Shown here: positions 54,569 through 63,968 of the stretch, in pieces
How the letters are laid out: every line of letters starts with the position of its first letter
Numbering within the stretch: position 1 is the first letter of the stretch
Source: Octopus bimaculoides
Taxonomy: Eukaryota
Direction of reading: 5' to 3'
DNA length: 63,968 nt
NCBI RefSeq assembly: GCF_001194135.2
Contig: NC_068989.1
Span: 37,718,883-37,782,850 of the forward strand
Position numbers and translations under genes: made by a program
The notes under the pieces: generated by a model
The model's input: the letters and a program-made list of their open reading frames with translations, nothing else
The model's database searches: none
Told to the model about the DNA's origin: nothing

Positions 54569-55417
54569 NNNNNNNNNNNNNNNNNNNNNNNNNNNNNNNN
54601 NNNNNNNNNNNNNNNNNNNNNNNNNNNNNNNNNNNNNNNNNNNNNNNNNNNNNNNNNNNNNNNNNNNNNNNNNNNNNNNNNNNNNNNNNNNNNNNNNNNN
54701 NNNNNNNNNNNNNNNNNNNNNNNNNNNNNNNNNNNNNNNNNNNNNNNNNNNNNNNNNNNNNNNNNNNNNNNNNNNNNNNNNNNNNNNNNNNNNNNNNNNN
54801 NNNNNNNNNNNNNNNNNNNNNNNNNNNNNNNNNNNNNNNNNNNNNNNNNNNNNNNNNNNNNNNNNNNNNNNNNNNNNNNNNNNNNNNNNNNNNNNNNNNN
54901 NNNNNNNNNNNNNNNNNNNNNNNNNNNNNNNNNNNNNNNNNNNNNNNNNNNNNNNNNNNNNNNNNNNNNNNNNNNNNNNNNNNNNNNNNNNNNNNNNNNN
55001 NNNNNNNNNNNNNNNNNNNNNNNNNNNNNNNNNNNNNNNNNNNNNNNNNNNNNNNNNNNNNNNNNNNNNNNNNNNNNNNNNNNNNNNNNNNNNNNNNNNN
55101 NNNNNNNNNNNNNNNNNNNNNNNNNNNNNNNNNNNNNNNNNNNNNNNNNNNNNNNNNNNNNNNNNNNNNNNNNNNNNNNNNNNNNNNNNNNNNNNNNNNN
55201 NNNNNNNNNNNNNNNNNNNNNNNNNNNNNNNNNNNNNNNNNNNNNNNNNNNNNNNNNNNNNNNNNNNNNNNNNNNNNNNNNNNNNNNNNNNNNNNNNNNN
55301 NNNNNNNNNNNNNNNNNNNNNNNNNNNNNNNNNNNNNNNNNNNNNNNNNNNNNNNNNNNNNNNNNNNNNNNNNNNNNNNNNNNNNNNNNNNNNNNNNNNN
55401 NNNNNNNNNNNNNNNNN

Positions 55418-55956
55418 CACACCCCGACAACACCACACCACTCCACACACCACCACACCACATCTTGCCACACCACACACTACCACCCCACACACCACCA
55501 CATTACACACCAACACATTACACCACCCTGCACACACCATACCATACCACACCACATCACACCACCCTGCACACACTAGCACTGACCATTTCCCAGCACA
55601 TACATCATCATCCACACACCTATACATGCACACACGCACACGTCAAGGTCACCAGCCTCCATTCACACACACATACACATACACATACACACGTACCTTC
55701 GTTTTGGGATCACCACTATTTTATTATCGCCTCTTCTTCCTAGCTCTCCTGTGTGACCCCTCGGTCTGGCGTTCGCCACGATAGATCACTACCCACGAAA
55801 CCTTATTTATTTTCTCTCCCTGCTTATTTCTGTGTTCCTTTCTCTCAGAGAGCATAGGCTTGAAACCTAAAAGACTTTCTCACTTCCAAAGCATTAAACT
55901 AATACATCTGTTTGTTGTTTACATACCCGTCTTTGTCTTTTGCTTTTTGTAAATTC

Positions 55957-55960
<4 letters not shown>
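55418..55960 (+). mobile_element. Probable 3' region and terminal repeat of the Penelope-like element, with a CACCA-rich tract
   Basis: Lies directly across the gap from the GIY-YIG region. 55820-55960 is homologous to 6700-6862. Confidence 0.5.
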
Positions 55961-56002
<42 letters not shown>

Positions 56003-56700
56003 NNNNNNNNNNNNNNNNNNNNNNNNNNNNNNNNNNNNNNNNNNNNNNNNNNNNNNNNNNNNNNNNNNNNNNNNNNNNNNNNNNNNNNNNNNNNNNNNNN
56101 NNNNNNNNNNNNNNNNNNNNNNNNNNNNNNNNNNNNNNNNNNNNNNNNNNNNNNNNNNNNNNNNNNNNNNNNNNNNNNNNNNNNNNNNNNNNNNNNNNNN
56201 NNNNNNNNNNNNNNNNNNNNNNNNNNNNNNNNNNNNNNNNNNNNNNNNNNNNNNNNNNNNNNNNNNNNNNNNNNNNNNNNNNNNNNNNNNNNNNNNNNNN
56301 NNNNNNNNNNNNNNNNNNNNNNNNNNNNNNNNNNNNNNNNNNNNNNNNNNNNNNNNNNNNNNNNNNNNNNNNNNNNNNNNNNNNNNNNNNNNNNNNNNNN
56401 NNNNNNNNNNNNNNNNNNNNNNNNNNNNNNNNNNNNNNNNNNNNNNNNNNNNNNNNNNNNNNNNNNNNNNNNNNNNNNNNNNNNNNNNNNNNNNNNNNNN
56501 NNNNNNNNNNNNNNNNNNNNNNNNNNNNNNNNNNNNNNNNNNNNNNNNNNNNNNNNNNNNNNNNNNNNNNNNNNNNNNNNNNNNNNNNNNNNNNNNNNNN
56601 NNNNNNNNNNNNNNNNNNNNNNNNNNNNNNNNNNNNNNNNNNNNNNNNNNNNNNNNNNNNNNNNNNNNNNNNNNNNNNNNNNNNNNNNNNNNNNNNNNNN

Positions 56701-56734
<34 letters not shown>

Positions 56735-57303
56735 TATATATATGTGTGTGTATATGTATACATTTATATGTAAGTGTATATAGGTATGTATATATATATA
56801 TATGCACATGTATATACATATATGTATATGGGTATATGTATATAGATGTATATGTATATATGTATATGTATATATACATATATATGTATATATATATATA
56901 TATATATAACTTTGCTAATAAGAATTCTCTTGCAATTACAAGATTCTTCCATTCTATTTTTCGATGAAGCTAGAATTCTCTATTTGATTTTCATTTTATT
57001 GTACTTGATGTTCATTGTGGAATAAAAGTCATCGTTTTTCAATTGGGAACAATCATATTCCAGTCGGTGCATACATTATCACATTATTAATCATTTTCTT
57101 TTTTCATTTTGTGTTCATAATGACAAACGTAGAAGATTGTATTATATTAGCCATAAAGAAAACTATACACATGGGTGTATAGAATCTATATTTATTGATG
57201 TTTATCTTTTTCATGCATCTATCTCTTTCTAGATGTGTGAATATATACTTCTATGTCTGTGTGGGTGCATGTGTGTTTGTAAAAGACATGTAATTGTATC
57301 TTC

Positions 57304-57338
<35 letters not shown>

Positions 57339-59838
57339 TATGTATATATGTATATGGCTTTAGCTACAATAATTCAATAGATGAGCTGCCGCCTGCTACA
57401 CTATTATAAATTCCTCTTTAATTGTCAGTATATCTTTCTTTACATTCTAACATTTGAAGTTCTGTTAGTGCCTAGAGGGGCTACTCACTTTCCCAACTAT
57501 ATACAGTTTCTCACAAAATACCATCTTCTGTTTGTTGTCTTTACAATTACAGAAAATTTTCCATTCGGAAGCTTCTCTCACCATTTGTATGTATGCGTGT
57601 ATGTATGTGAGTGTTTATGTGTATGTATATACATGTGTATGTAACATTGGTGTGTCCTTATGAGCACACTTATGAAACTTACAATGTTCTTGTTTCTATC
57701 CAGTTCAACAAGTTATCTACCATGTAGGTTATCTTTCCTGTGAATACAATTCTTCATTGTTTGATTTATAACAACATCTTGTATTAGAACATAATAATCT
57801 TTCAATGACAATTTGAATTTCTATTGGCAAGTACCTAATATTGTTCTTCAGTGACTGATTCAAATATCTTTCTATTACACAGGTACACACATATAATACA
57901 CACACATATGAATAGATTTTTGTGCAATTAAACACATGAAAATAAAATAAAGCACTCAATACAAGTGAGATGAGTGATATAATGGAATTTATTTCAAGTT
58001 CACTGTTACTACTTTGAATTTCTCTCTTGATGTTGTTAGACAACATGTCCTAAATGTAAACTTGGAGTAGTTATCATGAAACTGAACTTCAAATCACACA
58101 CATATCCACTCAACTTTGCCAGATCAGATTGGAGCCTGGTGCAGCCTTCTGGCTTGCTAGCCCTCAGTCAAACTGTCCAACTCATGCCAGCATGGAAAGC
58201 GAATGTTAAACGATGGTGATGATATTCACACATATGTACGTACATACATACATACATGCTAACACATATATGTAATGAAAGCTAGGAATTTTTTTCCTTT
58301 TTGTTGATTCATCAAAGTATAAACAAATGATAAACTCTGAGTGAATCATCATCATCATCATAATCATCATCATTTAACGTCCATTGTCCATGTTGGCATG
58401 GGTTGGACGGTTTGACCAGGGCTGGTAAGCTGGAATACTGCACCAAACTCCTGTCTGATTTGGCATTGTTTTCTTTGGTTGGATACCAATCCTAATACTA
58501 TATCACTCAGAGAGTGCCTTTACATGCCACCTGCATGGGTGCCATTTGCATGATACCGGTATCTGCCATGTCTGTGATTTTTCTCGGCTTGATGGGTCTT
58601 CTCAAGCAAGACGTAATGCCAAAGGTCTTGGTCATTGCTTCCATGAGGCCCAACACTCAAAAGGAACTCAGCTACTTTGCCTCTGTGCAGCCCAAAGCTT
58701 GAAAGAAACTATGATTTGACTTGGCTTGACAGGTCTTCTCAAGCACAACATATTGCCAAAGGTCTCAGTCATGTGTGTGTATGTGGTGGAGGATGTATGT
58801 GTGTGTGTGTGTGTGTGTGTGTAAACCAATAAAAAATATCTACTGATTGTGCACCAAATGTATGTGCATGCATCTGTATACACACAGACACAAACACATG
58901 CACGTGCATGCGCACGCACGCACGCACACACACACACACACTGACATGTCTATGGACACAAAGGAATTCCTGAGGTAAATCCAGTGGCATATTCCTCCAT
59001 ACTGTTATTGACATCAGGTAGCTGAATGTTGTGAATGGGTTTTAAACAGCACACCACAAGGTGTACACCTAAATATTAAATTATTACTCTACATATACAC
59101 ACATGCCAAATAAGTGTGATTGCATAGGTGGGTGGGTGTGCATATGTGAACAAACTGAATAAATGAATTCAATGAGGAGATAATAGAAGTCACCCATGGG
59201 TAGCATTGGTGAAAGAAGATTTGGAGAATTGATCTAAGAGCATTGAATTCAAAGAGCAGATGTTGTAAAATTGAAACACATAGCATGATGCCGTAATTTG
59301 CTATATTCAATCCCTACCAGCATTGAAGAATACTGTAAGTACACTGATGTAGTGAAGGTTTGTCTATGTTTAAGATATAAAGATTCCTCGATGAATCATA
59401 GAATCTAACCAATATTATTGATGAGAGATGAGTTCTCTATCTTTTTACAAATCAGATTGGAAACTTCCCTGTAAACAAAACAATAATAATGCAGTATTTC
59501 TCTACTGCATTTTATTGAGTTTGGTAACTGAACTAGTCTGTCATTCTTTTTAACCCTAGTTGCCTGGTCTTTAACACAGTTCACTCTAATGTAAGCATTT
59601 AGGCTAAGCCCCTTGTCTGAGGATAACTTTGTCCCTTCTTCTTACCAGTCTTAAATGATCTGAAGATAGTCAAGGACATTGTTCCTCTTCCTCTGACTAA
59701 GTCATAAATAGATTAAAAATACTACAATTCTGTTTCAAACAAGATTCCTTTGAAATTATAAGGTATTTTTGTAATTTGGTGAGTTTTGAGGATTTTGGTT
59801 TTGAATTTTCTTTTTAAATAATTTGGTTCTGAATATCC

Positions 59839-59869
<31 letters not shown>

Positions 59870-61849
59870 ATCTGTGTCTGTGCATGTGCATTTGTGTGTG
59901 CATGTGTATGCAGGAGGGACTATCCTAACAGTCTTTTTATCTTTGTTGATACCAATATGTGTGATTTGAATCCTTTTTAATATAAAGGTTATTTTGGTCC
60001 TTCTGACCTAATATTAGATCGCAGCCAAACAAAATCTATCAACTATCTGAAATTTCTGGTATATTCTCAAGCTGTAAACTTCTTTGTTACTCTACCCATA
60101 TTTCTTTAACTTCCACAATTTTTACTCTTTGAAAACCTGTTCTATATTTGATATTTTAAATATTTTTCTCATACTCGTTTCTCTCTGTCAGATTGCATCT
60201 AGTAAAAATTGCTTCCTTTTAGAAATCATGCCATTAAATTAACATACAACAATTTAAGCTCAGTATTATGATTCCTCATATTTGTTCAATACAGGGTAAG
60301 CTCTGTATTGATGTTCTTGTTATTGTCTTGCAGTTCTGTAATTGAGTTCTGCCCAAGTAGGTGCTTGTCTACATTATAACTAATAGTTTTGTAGGTCAAG
60401 GGGAGGTAAACGGATATGGATAAATTGTTAAGTAACATGATGTTACTTCACATGAGTGATTATTCTCTCATTCCAAGCTGCCAAAAAGGTCTTTGAGAGG
60501 CCTACTTTCACAATGATGAATACTATTAGATCTTGATTTTCTATTGATAACAAATGAAAAATTGAAATCTTACTTGGTATTTCACTTTATGAAGGTATTT
60601 TGAATTAGCTAGTAGAGATGCGTTGGAAGAAACGCTTTCATCCCATTTTAAGGTTAAATTTCTCTAAAGTTAACGTTGATTTTTATCTGTCAAGTACTTG
60701 TTATGTACTAAAGTTGTTATAACTTGCTCTATACCTTAACCCTAATAAAATTAACATTGTGCCTTGTCAAAAAAGACAAATAATTTTAATTTTCCCAATA
60801 TGGAATTGTTATTATCAGATACATAAAAATACACAATTCAATACCTTATAGTTTTGAAACTGCCAAGTTGTTTTTTCGTTCCTTAAGGAGCATAGAAATT
60901 GATAAAATATCTTCGAGCATATTTCATCTCCTTATAAAACACAGACCATGTATCTGAAATATCAATCAATACTATAGATTTTACTATGTAGGGGGCTACA
61001 CAAATAATTTTGCATTTCTTTTTCTGAGTTAGCAAATCTGGGAAGCATTTCAAAATGTCAATATACATATGCATTATTAAAGCAAGTGTTTTGTTGCTGA
61101 ATATTCTTCCTAATTCCTAAGTACTTAGCAAATATATTACACATCTTCAACTCAGGAAAGTATGTTACTTGCACTGAACCAATAATGAACTTCAACATAG
61201 TTGTCTAATCTGCTAGAAATAGCACCCAGATCTCTGACAAATCACCTCAACTATCTTAACTTAGAATAAGGAAAGATATCACTAAAATGGTATTGTAAAA
61301 AATGATTGATAGGCATTGATAGAAATAAAGAAATGAAACATTAATTTTCTACAAAAGAAGAATAGACATGACAGAGGCACTTTTGGTCATAGATCTGCTT
61401 GATTAGAGTCGACCTAGGGTTAAACAACAATAGTACTTGCATTATAAGATAATGATTTGATACCTATAGAATCCCCCCTTGTCATTATAAGATAATGATT
61501 TGATATGGATAGAATCTCCCCTTTTGAAAATGTTCTTTTTTTTTGTTAAAACTGCACTTCCTATTAATTCTTATTGTTTTACTGACTGATACAAATGGGA
61601 AATTTCATTATAATGTATTGCATCAGGGTAGCAGCCAAAAGTCCTTGACTTCATATTTCTCTAGGTGTTTATTTTAAGACAGCTTAAGACATAATTACAC
61701 CGTCTCTGTTTATCTTACTGCAGAATATGGTTAATATTTTCCTTTAGCTTCAGTTTATATAAAGATTTATTCAGGTAGATATTTGATAAACAGAAAAGGA
61801 ATACGTAAGAACTTTATACAATGTATCTAACATAAACTATGAGTTGATC

Positions 61850-62400
61850 GACAGTACAGTGGGATCTCAAGCAGGCTGACAGAGAAGGATTACATAAATA
61901 ACAGATGCACAGGTGTAGTTACCAGTAGGAGTAACCTTGAAATAAATCCTTTAACTGCTCAGAAGGTTTGCATAAAACTGTTAACAGCTTCTGATACTGA
62001 GTAGTATCAGATAATCAGTAGTAGAGGTCGGTCTTCTGAAAGTATGGTAGCCAGAGTTAGAACTGGGTAGTAAATGTTCAAGGATTTATTATCTCTCTTG
62101 GCTACAGGGGGCTTCTCACTGTCAGTGAAGGGTAGATTATATGATGCTTGTGTACACAGTGTTATACTTCACAGTAGCAGACCATAGGCAGTGGATGCCA
62201 AGGATGTGTAAAGGCTGGAAAAATTTAAGTGAGCATGCTCCATGGGTTGTGTAGTGTCATTAAACATGAATGATGGGGCACATGTGAGCTGAGATAGAGA
62301 ATAGAAATTAGAGGAATCCACCATGGTGTTCAAGAGAAAAAGCTATGCTGGTAAGGGCCTGTGAGGCATATAAAAGATGGCAGATGAATAAAAAAATTAA
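61850..62400 (+). mobile_element. RTE-clade LINE 3' remnant
   Basis: Broken frames RVRTG*..FKDLLSLL...VKGRLYDACV...V..LEK, resembling the RTE post-RT region. Confidence 0.6.
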
Positions 62401-63155
62401 AAAAAGGTCAAACAATTCAAGGAACTTATGGAAGAAGACAAAAAAAAAAGATATGGGAAGAAATGGGGAAGGCAGATCTCAAGATACTGAACCTCATGAA
62501 AGAGATAATAAGTAACTGCAACATGTGGTGGAGATGCTCCGATAAAAATAGACCCATCCATTCCATGTCAGTATGAAAGCTAAATCAAAATTCTAATAGT
62601 TGTATTTGTGACTTTTTTCCTCACTGGCACAACAATCTAGGCTTTTGCTTCACTAACTTTGAGGTTGCATAAAGTAATGAATCATGTTTTTGACATTAGT
62701 AAATAACATCATGGACTTGAAATAAAGGAAATAGATAATCCATAAATATTAACTGAGTGATTCCTAATTTCCCCTGTAGTCCTCTGCCATCAAATATAAC
62801 TTCATTCACGCAAGTTACATTCTTGTGGTATAGATGTTACTAGAAAATGGCTTTAGGCAGTTGGAAGGAAAATCTATAAGCAATTTCATTTTTTCTTCTT
62901 CAGCAACAGATCCACTTATCCATATAGGACTGTAGGAAATCTCTAATTCTATGGTAAAAGAAGGGACACAACAAAAAATAAAGATTTGTTCAATAAAAAC
63001 CTAACATTATATAATGTTCTGTTATTATTAGCAGCTTCTTATTACTATTTGTAAATGACAATACAATAACCTTCATAGACAAATAAGTACACACACAAAC
63101 AAATATATACATATATATATATATACACATAAATATATAGATATATGTATGTGTG

Positions 63156-63243
<88 letters not shown>

Positions 63244-63249
<6 letters not shown>

Positions 63250-63532
63250 TGTATCAAAATGTTCCCAGACTAGTTCTGTACCACACCAACAGATGGTAGC
63301 ACGTGGTTGCATGTGCAGTGAGAGCTAGCAGTAACATTCATGAGGCAGTGTCAAGTGACATTGCTGGGTTTACTTTGCAAGTTTTGAGATTTGTGTCTTT
63401 GTGATCACGTGTATGTTGTAGTCTGCGGTTTTTGTCATGGATAAGAAGTTGGAATAAAGAGCCAACGTGAAATTTTACGTTAAACTTGGGAAGTCTACAA
63501 CAGAAACATTGAACATGCTTCAACAAGCTTAC
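63244..63532 (+). mobile_element. Mariner 5' end: TIR, UTR and transposase N-terminus
   Basis: 63437-63532 translates to MDKKLE*RANVKFYVKLGKSTTETLNMLQQAY, a mariner HTH start. Confidence 0.75.
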
Positions 63533-63764
63533 ATTAACAAACACATTAACAAATAAATAAATAAAAACAAAATAAACGAACATGTATTAACAGAGGATAC
63601 AGATAATACAGGCACTCCCCATACACACACATGCACTTACAAAACATAGACACACAGAGAGGGATATGCATGCACAAATGTAGACACATACAATAGGAAT
63701 ACAAAATACAAAATGGCTGATCGTTAGCAAGGAGGGATACACATATAAGAAAGAAGAAAGCAAA

Positions 63765-63809
63765 GGACCACTGATGAGGTCACAGAAGTGTGACGAAAGA
63801 ACTCTGGCC
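63765..63809 (+). ncRNA. Minimal type I hammerhead ribozyme motif
   Basis: GGACCA-CTGATGA-G-GTCACA(GAAG)TGTGAC-GAAA-G-AA-CTC|TGGCC: complete core, 6-bp stem II, 2-bp stem III and bulged 5-bp stem I. Confidence 0.7.
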
Positions 63810-63968
63810 GAAATATGATTAATGTAATATAAAGTTGAAGCAAATTAACACCAAATATACAGTGCGTGTGTTTTTATTGACTAAACTGGCAATATGACCA
63901 TCCCCAAATACAACAATATCTGTTTCAACACACGATTTCACATCAAAAATCATGCAAAACAAATGTAT

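Noticed and set aside
54437-56879. ORFs of 270-440 aa
   Set aside because: They are read through N gaps (X runs).
61440-61525. ~43-bp tandem duplication (CATTATAAGATAATGATTTGATA...), with a similar case near 7450-7515
   Set aside because: Two-unit local slippage duplications without spacers. They are not CRISPR-like and show no functional hint.

Overview
This is an AT-rich, gap-ridden eukaryotic genomic window with 13 N-runs, most flanked by (TA)n or (CA)n microsatellites. It is dominated by simple repeats and decayed transposons. The SINE families resemble those I recall from Octopus, so a coleoid cephalopod origin is an inference, not a search result. No intact protein-coding gene is recognisable, and nearly all ORFs in the track are microsatellite or N-gap artefacts. 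The recognisable coding remnants are all transposon-derived: a Penelope-like element (RT plus GIY-YIG), two CR1/Jockey-group LINEs, two R4/Dong-like pieces, a CRE-like C-terminus, an RTE 3' end and mariner fragments. Two non-autonomous Helitron-type elements, MITEs and many tRNA-derived SINEs are also present. A few low-confidence candidate exons occur on both strands. I see no clear-cut new system. The best leads are a near-canonical minimal hammerhead ribozyme at 63765-63809 with two variant copies in Penelope-type tails, a diverged inverted duplication with frame-preserving indels (19.6 kb vs 32.6 kb), a phase-consistent chain of very short plus-strand exons, and close inverted repeat pairs that could form dsRNA. 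Repeat boundaries were read by eye and are approximate.
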